NCBI GenBank assembly: GCA_026986435.1
Contig: JALSOP010000035.1
Coordinates: 1 to 57,163 of the forward strand
Source: Desulfurococcales archaeon
Lineage (GTDB): Archaea > Thermoproteota > Thermoprotei_A > Sulfolobales > NBVN01
Direction of reading: 5' to 3'
Length of the DNA stretch: 57,163 nucleotides
The translations under genes were made by a program, and so were the position numbers. Positions within the stretch are counted from its first letter, which is position 1; each line of letters starts with the position of its first letter. Positions 45,611 to 55,611 of the stretch are shown in pieces. The notes beneath the pieces were generated by a model. That model was not told the origin of the DNA, made no database searches, and worked only from the letters and a program-made list of their open reading frames with translations.

Positions 45611-45618
45611 TTTTATAG
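45611..45618 (+). promoter_or_regulatory. TATA box upstream of the 78-aa ORF
   Basis: TTTTATAG lies 33-40 nt upstream of the ATG at 45651. Confidence 0.45.
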
Positions 45619-45650
45619 ACCTTACCCAAACCCACTAGGGGCAGGGAACA

Positions 45651-45887
45651 ATGTGCGAGCTCGTCGTGAGGCTGAGCAACGGCAAGGAGGTGCCGCTTGA
45701 CCAGGACACGCTGGCCATTATTTACAAGTACATAAGATCGGAGTACTCCCTCGAAGCCCTAGCGAGGGACCTCGGCCTCGACAACTGGGAGGAGGCCTAC
45801 GACCTCGTAAAGAGGCTCCCCGCGTGGATAGCGTGGACACCGTCCTCCTTCTTCGAGTACACGAAGCGGAGGATATGCGGCGAGTAA
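45651..45887 (+). CDS. Small hypothetical protein
   Basis: 78 aa with natural composition and a TATA box at suitable distance. No family recognised. Confidence 0.45.
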   Translation: MCELVVRLSNGKEVPLDQDTLAIIYKYIRSEYSLEALARDLGLDNWEEAYDLVKRLPAWIAWTPSSFFEYTKRRICGE

Positions 45888-45891
45888 CGGG

Positions 45892-46374
45892 ATGCTATAC
45901 ATTGTAACCGTTAGGTACGGGAAGGAGAGAGCAGCGGAGCTAGAACTTGGTGACGCGATCTTCCCGCACGATCCGGGAGTCAAGATCACGCGGACGGAGT
46001 TCGGCGGGGTCCTTCTCCTCGATACTGCGCTGGATTACGATAAGCTAATACGTGTACTATCTGTTTTCCCGCCCGTGAACGTGGAGAGGATAGTGCCTGT
46101 TAGAGAGTGCTGCAGGGTGGAGGAGCTTACGAGGTGTGTGGACAGGCTCCTCCGCGAGGTGGGACCAGTGGCTAATGTCAGGATAGGTAGGAAGGGAGGG
46201 ATACCGAGCAACCTCATTAAGGTACTGGAGGCGATGCGCAGGAGGGGCAGCACAGTGACAGTTCATGTCGAGCCAGTGAGTAAGGAGCTCGTGTGTGTTG
46301 GGGTTACGAAAACGGGTGAGGATAGGTTCTACATCATTAGGGAGAGAAGAATGGCACAAGGAAATAAGGGTTGA
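45892..46374 (+). CDS. THUMP-like (Tan1-type) RNA-binding domain protein, hypothetical
   Basis: 160 aa. The N-terminus MLYIVTVRYGKERAAELELGDAI resembles small archaeal THUMP proteins. Weak assignment. Confidence 0.45.
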   Translation: MLYIVTVRYGKERAAELELGDAIFPHDPGVKITRTEFGGVLLLDTALDYDKLIRVLSVFPPVNVERIVPVRECCRVEELTRCVDRLLREVGPVANVRIGRKGGIPSNLIKVLEAMRRRGSTVTVHVEPVSKELVCVGVTKTGEDRFYIIRERRMAQGNKG

Positions 46375-46400
46375 CCCAATTCTTTATGGAGGGGTAGGGG

Positions 46401-46895
46401 ATGGGAGAACTAAAGAGGATAGAGGTTGTGGACATCCCTGTGCCCGAGGGCACCAACGTCATCGTTGGCGCCACTCACTTTATCAAGTCGGTCGAGGACA
46501 TATATGAGGCACTGATCACCTCGTCGACATGCATAAAGTTTGGGCTAGCGTTCCTCGAGGCCAGCGGCAAGAGACTGATCAGGTACGACGGAAACGATGA
46601 CGAGCTGGTCAAGCTGGCGATAGAGGCGGCGAGGCGCATCGGCGCGGGGCACACGTTCATTGTCTACCTGAGGAACGCCTGGCCCATAAACGTCCTCAAC
46701 AGGCTGAAGCAGGTGCAGGAGGTAATCACGCTCTACGCCGCGACAGCCAACCCGCTTCAGGTAGTTGTGGCAGAGACTGATCAGGGTAGGGGCGTCCTGG
46801 GCGTGGTAGACGGCTTTACACCGCTTGGCGTGGAGTCCGAGGATGATAGGGAGGAGAGACACGAATTCCTGCGCAAAATAGGATATAAGAGGTGA
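46401..46895 (+). CDS. Adenosine-specific kinase family protein (PAE2307/DUF355-type)
   Basis: 164 aa. [65 protein letters not shown] and LRKIGYK. Confidence 0.78.
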   Translation: MGELKRIEVVDIPVPEGTNVIVGATHFIKSVEDIYEALITSSTCIKFGLAFLEASGKRLIRYDGNDDELVKLAIEAARRIGAGHTFIVYLRNAWPINVLNRLKQVQEVITLYAATANPLQVVVAETDQGRGVLGVVDGFTPLGVESEDDREERHEFLRKIGYKR

Positions 46896-47602
46896 AGATA
46901 GCAGTCATGCCGACCTACCTAGCGAAGTGCCTAGAGCCAACAGAGATCCGTGTGCCGAGGGACAAGCCGAAGGTGGTTCTCCTAGCTTACAAGATAAGGA
47001 AGGAACTCGAGTTTGTATCGAGGGCGCAGATAAAGATAGATGAGCACCCCGTCATAGCGTACAAGAAGTTCGAGGAATTCCTCGAAGGATGCGAGATCGC
47101 CCTGCTACGGACGGAGCGGGGGAAAGGTTTCCGCGAGGTGCTGGTGTACAAGAGGAAGCCGCCGGGGAACGTCCTCATCTTTACCAAGCCCTCGCCCCTG
47201 AAGGGGGTAATCATTCTGCGGAAGCAGGAGGAAGGCGAGCGAGAAGAGAACGTGATGTTCGCTCGCAACCTCATCCGCGAGTACTATCAAGTAGACGGTG
47301 AGGGGCTTGTCTTCGTTGGTAACATAAGGTTCCTCGAGGGAGAGGACAGCGTGGTCGGGATAGGTCTAGAGACAGGTAACGGCATCAGGTACATAATGAG
47401 AACGGAACTAAAGGAACAAACACTCAGGCCATACGCCATAGTAAGGAGTGATGCCAGAGAGAACTTACAGCAAAAAAGTACCACAAGCCCCCAAAAAGAA
47501 GGCGGCAAGAGATCAGGCAAGACCGTTGCCAAGTCATCAACTAAGGGGACAAAGACAAGACCGAGAAGGAAGAAAAAGAAGAGAAAATCAAAGAAGAAGT
47601 GA
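46892..47602 (+). CDS. Hypothetical protein with extreme Lys/Arg-rich C-terminal tail
   Basis: 236 aa ending in [20 protein letters not shown]. Overlaps the upstream gene (ATGA-type), and its 3' end overlaps the convergent argF stop by 15 nt. Confidence 0.5.
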   Translation: MKIAVMPTYLAKCLEPTEIRVPRDKPKVVLLAYKIRKELEFVSRAQIKIDEHPVIAYKKFEEFLEGCEIALLRTERGKGFREVLVYKRKPPGNVLIFTKPSPLKGVIILRKQEEGEREENVMFARNLIREYYQVDGEGLVFVGNIRFLEGEDSVVGIGLETGNGIRYIMRTELKEQTLRPYAIVRSDARENLQQKSTTSPQKEGGKRSGKTVAKSSTKGTKTRPRRKKKKRKSKKK

Positions 47603-48523
47603 GAGCACCGCCTTTTGTGCGTGAAGCCTGTTCTCCGCCTGATCCCACACAACCGACCAGGGACCATCAATAACGTCGTCAGTTACCTCATATCCCCTGT
47701 GGGCTGGGAGGCAGTGCATGAATATTGCGTCCCTCTTCGCGTGCGTCATCAACTCCTTATTCACCTGGTACGGAGATAGGTCCCTCAGCCTCCTCTCTTT
47801 CTCGGCCTCCTGGCCCATGCTAACCCATACGTCGGTGTAGACCACGTCAGCATCCTTTATCGCCTCAACAGGGTCATGGGTCACAACTATCTCCGCACCC
47901 CGGAGCTGGGCCTCCTCCACAGCCGCCTTGAGGATTTCCGGGTTGGGCTCATATCCCTTAGCTGTCCCCACCCACACGCTCGCCCCCAGCTTGGCCGCAG
48001 CCAGCATCAGTGAGTGGAGCACGTTGTCAGCGCCGTCGCCGAGGAACACTATCTTAAGCCCCGCTACCCTGCCCTTCTTTTCGAGTATTGTCAGCATATC
48101 GCCGAGTGCCTGCATGGGGTGCTCTAGGTCGCTCAAGGCGTTTATCACGGGTATGCTCGAGTACTTGGCGAGTTCCACCAGCGACTTATGCGAGTATACC
48201 CTAGCTGCGACGCCGTCTACGTACCTGCTTATCACCCTCGCTGTGTCGGCAAGTGTCTCACCCCTGCTTATCTGCATCTCTCTCGACGTGAGAGCTATGA
48301 CGTCCCCACCGAGTTCCTTCATCGCTACCTCGAACGAGATCCTCGTCCTCGTGCTCGGCTTCTCGAATATCAGCAGGAGGTGCTTCCCCTTTAGTACAGG
48401 GATGACCTTCTCACCGGAGTAGTATCTCTCCTTCATCTGCTTGGCCACACCTAGTATGAACCTGATCTCCTCTGATGTGTAATCACCTATAGAAAGAAAG
48501 TGTCTTCCCCTAATGTTGAACAT
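47588..48523 (-). CDS. argF: Ornithine carbamoyltransferase
   Basis: 311 aa. STRTR, HPMQ, DVWVSMG and HCLPA motifs (OTC rather than ATCase signature). Confidence 0.92.
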   Translation of the reverse strand: MFNIRGRHFLSIGDYTSEEIRFILGVAKQMKERYYSGEKVIPVLKGKHLLLIFEKPSTRTRISFEVAMKELGGDVIALTSREMQISRGETLADTARVISRYVDGVAARVYSHKSLVELAKYSSIPVINALSDLEHPMQALGDMLTILEKKGRVAGLKIVFLGDGADNVLHSLMLAAAKLGASVWVGTAKGYEPNPEILKAAVEEAQLRGAEIVVTHDPVEAIKDADVVYTDVWVSMGQEAEKERRLRDLSPYQVNKELMTHAKRDAIFMHCLPAHRGYEVTDDVIDGPWSVVWDQAENRLHAQKAVLSLLL

Positions 48524-48594
48524 CCTTTACTCACCAGCTGAAAGTTATGATGCTAAACAATTAATCTTTAGGAACTTATACACTGTTAGGAGGA

Positions 48595-49251
48595 GTGTTG
48601 ATCGACTACAGCGAGTTATGTATTGTGAAGTCCGTGATCGAGCCCAGAAGAGGGGTGAGGCCGGCTTTCACGGCGTACGAGGTGCTTAGAGCGATCACCT
48701 TGATACATAGCTCTATGAGGGGCCTAGGAAGACCTACGCTCATGAGGATGCTTGGCCTAGGCGAGGCGAGCACGAGGACGTTGTTGAGGAGGCTTTCGGA
48801 AGCGGGATTAATCACCTCTAGAGGTTACGGGTTCGTAGTCACAGAACATGGTAGGCACATAGCAGACTTAATTAACAACTACATACTCGACGTTGAGCAC
48901 TTGCCTCCAGATGAAGTATGTAGCGAGTGCACTCTCTCCGGAGTGGTGCTTCGTGGGCCTCTGAGCTCGGAGCTCAGGGGCAAGCCAGTGCTAGCTATAC
49001 GGGACACCGCGGTTAGGGAAGGAGCGAGGGGGGCCCTTGTCATAGCTTCTGAGGGACACTATCTGTACTTACCTCTCCCTGGGGGAGGTCGAGGGAGAGT
49101 GCCTCACAAGCTCGGACAGGCACTGAGGACTTTGATGAGAGATGGCGACACAGCAGTTTTATCGATATGTGGAGACATGGATCCCCGTTCCTGCGTGAGG
49201 ATAGCGTTTAATGCTGTCTTTTGGCTACTCACCGAAAGGTGCAGGTCGTGA
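48595..49251 (+). CDS. Winged-helix DNA-binding protein with uncharacterised C-terminal domain
   Basis: 218 aa. GRPTLMRMLGLGEASTRTLLRRLSEAGLITSRGYGFVVTEHG looks like a wHTH. Divergent from argF. Confidence 0.5.
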   Translation: MLIDYSELCIVKSVIEPRRGVRPAFTAYEVLRAITLIHSSMRGLGRPTLMRMLGLGEASTRTLLRRLSEAGLITSRGYGFVVTEHGRHIADLINNYILDVEHLPPDEVCSECTLSGVVLRGPLSSELRGKPVLAIRDTAVREGARGALVIASEGHYLYLPLPGGGRGRVPHKLGQALRTLMRDGDTAVLSICGDMDPRSCVRIAFNAVFWLLTERCRS

Positions 49252-49931
49252 GAGGAGCCATCCTATACACTGGCGGTAAGGACTCACACTATGCGCTGAT
49301 TGAGGCATGGCTTCACCATAACGTTGAGCCGGCTGTGCTAGTGATTGTCAGGCCCCGCAGAAGCGATTCCTGGATGTTTCATTCCATAAATGCTATATGG
49401 GCAACGCTCCACGCCGACGCCATCGGCGTCCCGTACGAGGTTGTGGAAGTAAGTGGAGAGAAGGAGGTCGAGATCGATGAGCTCCGAGGCCACCTCGAAG
49501 AAGTCATTGCGAGATACGGATGTGATGCCCTAGTTACGGGGGCTGTAGCCTCCCGGTACCAGAAGGAGAGGGTTGATAAGATTGCTAAGGTCCTCGGCGT
49601 GAAGCACGTGGCGCCCCTCTGGCTAAGAGATCAGCGAGAGATCTTTCTTCTTGAGTCCGACTTACTCGACTTCATGATTGTCGCTGTGCAGGCATACGGC
49701 CTGAGCAAGTCGGTGCTGGGGGTGCCTATCAGGTACTTGGGGCCGCACAGGCTGCTTCAGACCTTTTCGAAGTATGGCATAAGCACTGTGGGGGAAGGCG
49801 GTGAATTCGAGACTTTCGTCTTGGCGTCACCGCTTATGAAGAAGGCAGTATGCGTGCATAAGGCCAGGATTCTGTGGAGCGAACAGGCATGGAGTGGTTA
49901 CTATGTCATAGAGGATGCTGAGCTCTGCTAG
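49221..49931 (+). CDS. Dph6/MJ0570-type PP-loop ATP-binding protein (diphthine-ammonia ligase-like)
   Basis: YTGGKDS PP-loop and GEGGEFETFV block. The true start may be the GTG a few codons downstream of 49221. Confidence 0.78.
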   Translation: MATHRKVQVVRGAILYTGGKDSHYALIEAWLHHNVEPAVLVIVRPRRSDSWMFHSINAIWATLHADAIGVPYEVVEVSGEKEVEIDELRGHLEEVIARYGCDALVTGAVASRYQKERVDKIAKVLGVKHVAPLWLRDQREIFLLESDLLDFMIVAVQAYGLSKSVLGVPIRYLGPHRLLQTFSKYGISTVGEGGEFETFVLASPLMKKAVCVHKARILWSEQAWSGYYVIEDAELC

Positions 49932-49942
49932 TGATGCGTTCC

Positions 49943-50998
49943 TCACTTCTTGAACCAGGCATCTAACCCGCGGGCACGGGTCGCTATCTTGCTCCTGTAC
50001 GCCTTCACGAGCCTTTCGATAGCGTTCCGCACCCTCTCCTCAGAGAAATCGTACTCCTTCACTAGGATCGCGACTATCCCCTCGGGATCGGGCTTCTTCC
50101 ACTTCAGCTGGTAGTCATCGGTTACTTCTGGGTGAAGGAACAGCTCCCTTATCTTAGAGGGCTCCACAGGGAATGAAGCAGACGGGATAGCCTTCAGCGC
50201 CTTCTCCAGCGAACCATACGTCCTTATCAGGCGGAGCGCCTGCTTAGGGCCTATGCCCTTAACTCCCTCGGGATTGTAGTCCGTCCCTACAAGTATCGCT
50301 ATATCTATCAACTGCTCACGGGTTATGCCGAGGCCCTTTAGCACCTTGTCTAGGTGGACGACCTCGGGATTTATCTCGATGTAGACGTTCTTGTTGGGCA
50401 GCTTCCTCCTACCGGAAATTGTTAGGTTCCGCACGAGCCTTGGGGCACCGAAGAGCAGGGAATCATAATCTTGGGAGGCCGCTGCCCACACATCACCTTT
50501 CTTAGCCATATACGCTGCCTGTGCCTCGCCCTCAGAGGGTGCTTGTACCCAGGGTATGCCCATCGCTGAAAGGAGTTCCTTGGATGCGTCAACCATCTCG
50601 CTTGTGAGCCTCGAAGTCATTTGGGCGTACTTTCTTGCTGCCTCAACATCGCCTCTCCGGATAGCCTCCTCATACTTCTTTCTAGATTCCTCCTTGATCT
50701 TCATTCTCTCCGCTATCTCCCTGGCCTTGAGTTCGGGTGGTTTTCCATCGAAGACATATACAGGCCTTATCCCTGCCTCGACTATGTTTATCGTCCTGTA
50801 GAACAAGCCGCTGAGGTGAGACGTTATCCTACCCTTCCGGTCCATGAGGGGCGTGCCGTCAGGCTGTCTTATGGCGGCCAGGAACTGGTAAAGAGCGTTG
50901 TACGCGTCTATAGCCATTTCCTTGCCCGAAAGCTCGCGGAGGTCATTCACCGCCTTCACGGCGTCCGAGGGTATTATGTCCTTGAGGTTAACGCCCAT
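49943..50998 (-). CDS. fen: Flap endonuclease 1
   Basis: [11 protein letters not shown]-terminus, [34 protein letters not shown] and a C-terminal PIP-like LDAWF. The track ORF starts 4 codons upstream. Confidence 0.93.
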   Translation of the reverse strand: MGVNLKDIIPSDAVKAVNDLRELSGKEMAIDAYNALYQFLAAIRQPDGTPLMDRKGRITSHLSGLFYRTINIVEAGIRPVYVFDGKPPELKAREIAERMKIKEESRKKYEEAIRRGDVEAARKYAQMTSRLTSEMVDASKELLSAMGIPWVQAPSEGEAQAAYMAKKGDVWAAASQDYDSLLFGAPRLVRNLTISGRRKLPNKNVYIEINPEVVHLDKVLKGLGITREQLIDIAILVGTDYNPEGVKGIGPKQALRLIRTYGSLEKALKAIPSASFPVEPSKIRELFLHPEVTDDYQLKWKKPDPEGIVAILVKEYDFSEERVRNAIERLVKAYRSKIATRARGLDAWFKK

Positions 50999-51094
50999 TA
51001 AGCCCCCCATACTCTACTGCTGTTCGGGGGCTTAATTCCGCGTACGCCTCATCCCATTTATAACCCCTGCACTAATCCTTGTAGAGGTAGGTGA

Positions 51095-51316
51095 GTGAGT
51101 ATGGCCCATGTGACAGAGGCAAGGAGCGGGCCCGTGGTGATAGAGTCCGCCACTCCACCGATATGCAACAGCTGCGGTAGGGTCATACCCCCTCATGAGA
51201 GGGGTGTCAAGTTCCTGTGCCCGAACTGCGGCGCTGTAATAATCTGGCGCTGCAAAAAGTGCAGGGTTCTGGCTAAGCCGTATAGGTGCCCGAACTGCGG
51301 CTTCGAGGGCCCCTAA
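51095..51316 (+). CDS. Zinc-ribbon protein (COG2888-type, usually paired with aEF-1beta)
   Basis: 73 aa. CNSCG, CPNCG, CKKC and CPNCG make four CxxC pairs. Lies directly upstream of EF-1beta. Confidence 0.7.
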   Translation: MSMAHVTEARSGPVVIESATPPICNSCGRVIPPHERGVKFLCPNCGAVIIWRCKKCRVLAKPYRCPNCGFEGP

Positions 51317-51337
51317 GCGTTGTTTAGGTGATGGGTT

Positions 51338-51631
51338 ATGGGAGAGAACGGTGAGCCTAAGGTTCTCGTGACCCTAAAGATCAACCCGGAAGACATAGAC
51401 ACGGATCTCGAGAAGGTCGTGGAGGAACTCAAGTCGAGATTACCGCCGGAGATGGAGGTAGTGAGGTACGATAAGGTGTACGTGGCTTTCGGGCTCTACG
51501 CCCTTAGGGTCTATGTGCTGATGCCTGAGAAGTACGAGGGAGGCACAGAAAGGCTTGAGGAGGTAGTGAAGAGCATCCCTGGTGTCTCCTCCGTAGACAT
51601 TGAGATGGTTACAAGGGTGAGTGCGTTTTAA
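51338..51631 (+). CDS. Translation elongation factor aEF-1 beta
   Basis: 97 aa. VLVTLKINPEDIDTDLEKV...VAFGLYALRVYVLMPE..GGTERLEE.V..IPGVSSVDI matches the aEF-1beta pattern. Confidence 0.85.
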   Translation: MGENGEPKVLVTLKINPEDIDTDLEKVVEELKSRLPPEMEVVRYDKVYVAFGLYALRVYVLMPEKYEGGTERLEEVVKSIPGVSSVDIEMVTRVSAF

Positions 51632-51680
51632 TTAATATAATTAGGCCTGAAGCACGCCTTCTCTAGGCTGTGGATAAGGT

Positions 51681-53897
51681 ATGCCGCGCAAGAAGCAACC
51701 CCGGGGGTACCCCCTTGTAGTGAGGCAGGCGTACAGAAGGGAGGCGAAGAAGTGGCTGGTCAGGCTGCCTAGGAAGGTCATGCAGAGACTCGGCATAGAA
51801 ATCGGTGATGCTGTCGAGATCATCGGGAGGAAGGTAACGGTTGCGATAGCGTGGCCGCTGAGGCCCTCTGACGAGACCGAGGACATCATAAGGATGGGGT
51901 CGATAATACGGAAAAACGCTGGTGTATCGCTTGATGAGGTCGTCTATGTAAGGAAGACTGAGCTGAAAGAAGCCGAGCTCGTTAAGCTCGCTCCTCAATC
52001 AGGCATCACTCTGGGGAAGGGAGGCAGGACATTAAGAACGATAAAGGACGCTCTGATAGATGTGCCGATGGCTGAGGGGGACATAATACAGATCCCCTTC
52101 ACCCATGCGTTTGTCGGAATGAGTGGAGGAGAAATATATGCCGTGGTACTACAGACGAAACCCAGGGGACCGGTTAGGGTAACGGAGAAGACCCAGATAA
52201 AACTCGTGGAAAAGCACGACGTAATGCTTTCAATACCTCGTGTAACTTACGAGGACATAGGGGGGCTGGGAGACGCCATCCAGAAAATACGAGAACTAGT
52301 TGAAATACCCCTTAGGTACCCCCAGCTATTTAGGTACCTGGGCATAGACCCGCCCAAGGGAATACTTCTGTACGGCCCTCCCGGCACGGGCAAGACATTG
52401 CTGGCTAAGGCGGTTGCCAGTGAATCAGATGCTTACTTCATAGCCATAAACGGCCCGGAGATAATGAGCAAGTACTACGGCGAGAGCGAGCAGAAACTGC
52501 GTGAAGTATTCGAGGAGGCGAAGAGGCGGGCCCCGTCGATAATCTTCATTGATGAGATCGATGCTATCGCCCCCAAGAGAGAGGAGGTTGTCGGCGAGGT
52601 CGAAAAGAGAGTAGTCGCGCAGCTACTAACGCTAATGGACGGTCTCGAGGGGAGAGGAGACGTCATAGTGATTGGGGCAACCAATAGACCGAACGCTGTT
52701 GACCCGGCATTGAGGAGACCGGGCAGGTTTGACAGAGAAATAGAGGTTCCTATACCGGATAAGAAGGGAAGGCTGGAGATACTCGAGGTTCATACTAGGA
52801 ACGTGCCCCTTGCTGACGACGTTGACCTCGAGAAGATCGCCGAACTGACGCACGGGTACACAGGAGCTGACCTAGCAGCGCTAGTAAAAGAAGCAGCAAT
52901 GAGCGCACTAAGAAGATTCCTTCCTAATATAGAGGCCAATGAGGGCATACCGTATGAGAAGCTGGGTGAACTGGAGATTACGATGGCAGACTTCATGTAC
53001 GCACTCCGCAGCATACAACCTTCCGGGCTTAGGGAGGTGATGATAGAGGTACCTACTGTGAAGTGGGACGATATAGGGGGCCTCGAGGAGGTCAAGAGGG
53101 TGCTCAAGGAGATCGCTGTCCTACCGCTCCAGAGCCCAGGAGTGTTTGAGAGGATGGGTATCAGGCCTCCTAGGGGTATTCTGCTTTATGGTCCTCCTGG
53201 CTGTGGTAAGACATTGCTCGCTAAGGCAGTGGCCACAGAGTCGGGAGCGAACTTCATAGCGATCAAGGGCCCAGAAATACTAAGCAAATGGGTAGGAGAA
53301 TCAGAAAAAGCAATAAGAGAAATATTCAGGAAGGCCAGGCTCTACTCCCCGGCAATAGTGTTCTTTGACGAAATAGACGCGATAGCCCCAACCAGGGGCT
53401 ACCATAGCGATGCAGGCGTAAGCGACAGGATTGTTAATCAGTTGTTGGCTGAGATGGATGGGATTCAGACGCTTAAGAACGTCGTGGTTATAGCGGCAAC
53501 AAATAGGCCTGATCTAGTCGACCCTGCTCTGCTGAGGCCCGGCAGGTTCGACAGGGTTATCTATGTGCCCCCGCCGGACAAGAGAGCAAGACTAGAGATA
53601 CTCAAGGTACACACAAGAAAAGTGCCGCTGGCAGACGACGTCGACCTCGAGAGAATAGCAGAGCTAACCAAAGGATACACAGGAGCTGACCTAGAAGCAC
53701 TGGTAAGGGAGGCAGCGTTGACCGCTATTCGGGAAGACATAAATGCGATGGAGGTGTCAATGAGACACTTCGTCGAGTCCATGAAGTCTGTTCAGCCCTC
53801 GTTGAATGGGTCGTTGCTCAAGTTCTACGAGTCCTGGCAGCGGGTGCTGAAGCAGAGGCTACCTAGGTCGATAACGCACTCCCCTATGAGTCTGTAA
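51681..53897 (+). CDS. cdc48: CDC48/VCP-like AAA+ ATPase (two AAA domains)
   Basis: 738 aa. N-domain [14 protein letters not shown]1 GPPGTGKT plus IIFIDEIDA; D2 GPPGCGKT plus IVFFDEIDA; both have second region of homology RPGRFDR. Confidence 0.95.
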   Translation: MPRKKQPRGYPLVVRQAYRREAKKWLVRLPRKVMQRLGIEIGDAVEIIGRKVTVAIAWPLRPSDETEDIIRMGSIIRKNAGVSLDEVVYVRKTELKEAELVKLAPQSGITLGKGGRTLRTIKDALIDVPMAEGDIIQIPFTHAFVGMSGGEIYAVVLQTKPRGPVRVTEKTQIKLVEKHDVMLSIPRVTYEDIGGLGDAIQKIRELVEIPLRYPQLFRYLGIDPPKGILLYGPPGTGKTLLAKAVASESDAYFIAINGPEIMSKYYGESEQKLREVFEEAKRRAPSIIFIDEIDAIAPKREEVVGEVEKRVVAQLLTLMDGLEGRGDVIVIGATNRPNAVDPALRRPGRFDREIEVPIPDKKGRLEILEVHTRNVPLADDVDLEKIAELTHGYTGADLAALVKEAAMSALRRFLPNIEANEGIPYEKLGELEITMADFMYALRSIQPSGLREVMIEVPTVKWDDIGGLEEVKRVLKEIAVLPLQSPGVFERMGIRPPRGILLYGPPGCGKTLLAKAVATESGANFIAIKGPEILSKWVGESEKAIREIFRKARLYSPAIVFFDEIDAIAPTRGYHSDAGVSDRIVNQLLAEMDGIQTLKNVVVIAATNRPDLVDPALLRPGRFDRVIYVPPPDKRARLEILKVHTRKVPLADDVDLERIAELTKGYTGADLEALVREAALTAIREDINAMEVSMRHFVESMKSVQPSLNGSLLKFYESWQRVLKQRLPRSITHSPMSL

Positions 53898-53945
53898 GCG
53901 GCGTGTAGTTATTTAGCCGCTCCGCGTAGAGGTGTCAGGTGAGTT

Positions 53946-54218
53946 TTGATGCCAACACCTAGATACCCTGTGATTGTGCTGACGACTGTGCTTGAGGAGA
54001 TAGTTAAGGCCAAGGGAGAGATAAAGGCGTCTGACCTCTTCTCGAGACTTGTCAGTATGTTTAAGCTGAGTCCTAGCGACATAATGAAGTATCTGATGGT
54101 GCTCGAGATTCGTGGGTATATCTCGATAAGTAGTAGAGAGAGCGGAGAACCCTACCTGATAAGAATAACCGAGTACGGTAAGCGAGCCATAGCTGAGGGC
54201 ATGAAACCGAGGATGTAG
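53946..54218 (+). CDS. Small winged-helix-like hypothetical protein
   Basis: 90 aa. DIMKYLMVLEIRGYISIS...ITEYGKRAI is suggestive of a wHTH. Confidence 0.4.
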   Translation: MMPTPRYPVIVLTTVLEEIVKAKGEIKASDLFSRLVSMFKLSPSDIMKYLMVLEIRGYISISSRESGEPYLIRITEYGKRAIAEGMKPRM

Positions 54219-54222
54219 CCGC

Positions 54223-55101
54223 CTAAGGCTCTACCCCATATATTCTCTTAACGCTTCCGACGCCGAGGACATACGCGTCGTCTTCGTCGATGACGCCCTC
54301 CTCAATGGCTTTCTTCACGTTCTCGCTTATTTCCCAAGGATACATCACTAAGCCAGGCCTCTTCGGGTCGTCTATGTAGTCGCTCTCAAGCATGGCACCA
54401 GGCACGATGACGCCGGCGGGCTTCATTTTATCGATTATTTGCTTTCTCCCTGTCAGTGTTGCTGAGTATCCCCTCTTCAGCGCTTCCTTAGCTATAGCAA
54501 TAGAAGAGTGATGAAATATGACCTTACTCAGCCCTCCAGCACCTAGAACCTTCGCGAGCTTGTCTATCATGTGAACCGTTAATGTACCCGCCTCCTCCAG
54601 GTGAAGGTGAAGCGGGACATCCATGTCCTTTGACGCCTCTAGTACACGCAATAGAACGAGCTCGTTAGCTACGAATGAAGCGGGTAGTGTTTTGTAGTGT
54701 GGTCTCCCGAACTCTCCTAGACCATCGATAACGCCATTAGCTACCATCTTTATTATTGACTCAACAGCTTGGAGCACTTTATCCAGCGCCTTCATAGGGT
54801 CTCCTGAAGCCGTCTTTATTATTCTGTCAACTGTTGCCGGGTGAACCCCGCCTATACAGGCAACTGACATACCCTCCCCTCTCACCCTTGAACACAGCTC
54901 AGCGTGTATTTTGGCTGCCCTCACCAAGTTTTCAGTAGTGTCGTCGAGCCCGTAGTAGTGGGGTGGAAGTGATACAAGCACTATGAACCATCCGCCTGAC
55001 TCCTTGAATTTCTTTGCTAACTTAGCCGGGCCTATGCCCAGCGTTGAGACATGAGCATGCCCATCGGCTATTAGTATGCTAGCCATGATTCGCATCGCCA
55101 A
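54223..55101 (-). CDS. TatD-related metal-dependent hydrolase (amidohydrolase fold)
   Basis: 292 aa. LIADGHAHV N-terminal His pair, LHLHLEE, and FHHSS. Confidence 0.7.
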   Translation of the reverse strand: MAMRIMASILIADGHAHVSTLGIGPAKLAKKFKESGGWFIVLVSLPPHYYGLDDTTENLVRAAKIHAELCSRVRGEGMSVACIGGVHPATVDRIIKTASGDPMKALDKVLQAVESIIKMVANGVIDGLGEFGRPHYKTLPASFVANELVLLRVLEASKDMDVPLHLHLEEAGTLTVHMIDKLAKVLGAGGLSKVIFHHSSIAIAKEALKRGYSATLTGRKQIIDKMKPAGVIVPGAMLESDYIDDPKRPGLVMYPWEISENVKKAIEEGVIDEDDAYVLGVGSVKRIYGVEP

Positions 55102-55143
55102 AGCTTATTTAAGGAAACTTTATGAGTTTATCATGGTGTTGTC

Positions 55144-55563
55144 ATGTCCCAGATCATTAGGGAGTTCGACAGTATTGGAGAGTTCATGAAGACCGTCGAT
55201 GAAGAACTGAGTAATATGAGGAGGAAATTAGGGGAACTCTTAAGGCGCCTTGAAGAACTCAGAGTAAAGGTTGAGCAAGAGAGAAAACTAAAAAGCCTAT
55301 TAACAAAACTCGGCATGTCCCAGGAGGGAGCTACCCCTTCCAATGTTATTGAGCTAAAGACCATAAGACTAATAATGAATCCAACTGCCGAGCAGGAGGT
55401 CGTCGCTCTCGAACAGGCCGTAGAGAATTTAAATAATAAGATAACGGCACTTCAAGCGATAAAGAAAGACCTCGAGATTCTAGGAGGTATAGATGTTGAA
55501 GTAAAATTAACGACAATCTATGTTGATGGATTGCCCAGAACTATACTAATAAGAGTCGTCTAG
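55144..55563 (+). CDS. Coiled-coil hypothetical protein
   Basis: 139 aa with heptad-like segments (LSNMRRKLGELLRRLEELRVKVEQERKLK; ALEQAVENLNNKITALQAIKKDLE). AT-rich codon usage. Confidence 0.45.
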   Translation: MSQIIREFDSIGEFMKTVDEELSNMRRKLGELLRRLEELRVKVEQERKLKSLLTKLGMSQEGATPSNVIELKTIRLIMNPTAEQEVVALEQAVENLNNKITALQAIKKDLEILGGIDVEVKLTTIYVDGLPRTILIRVV

Positions 55564-55565
55564 CT

Positions 55566-55601
55566 AATTTTTATAACATAATTTAAAAATCCTTTGGATT
55601 T
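55566..55601. terminator. Bidirectional terminator-like region between convergent genes
   Basis: Oligo-T run (AATTTTTAT) directly after the plus-strand stop, and the hairpin AAATCC-TTT-GGATTT at 55587-55601. The reverse strand also presents a T-run. Confidence 0.35.
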
Positions 55602-55611
55602 GAGAACTTGC

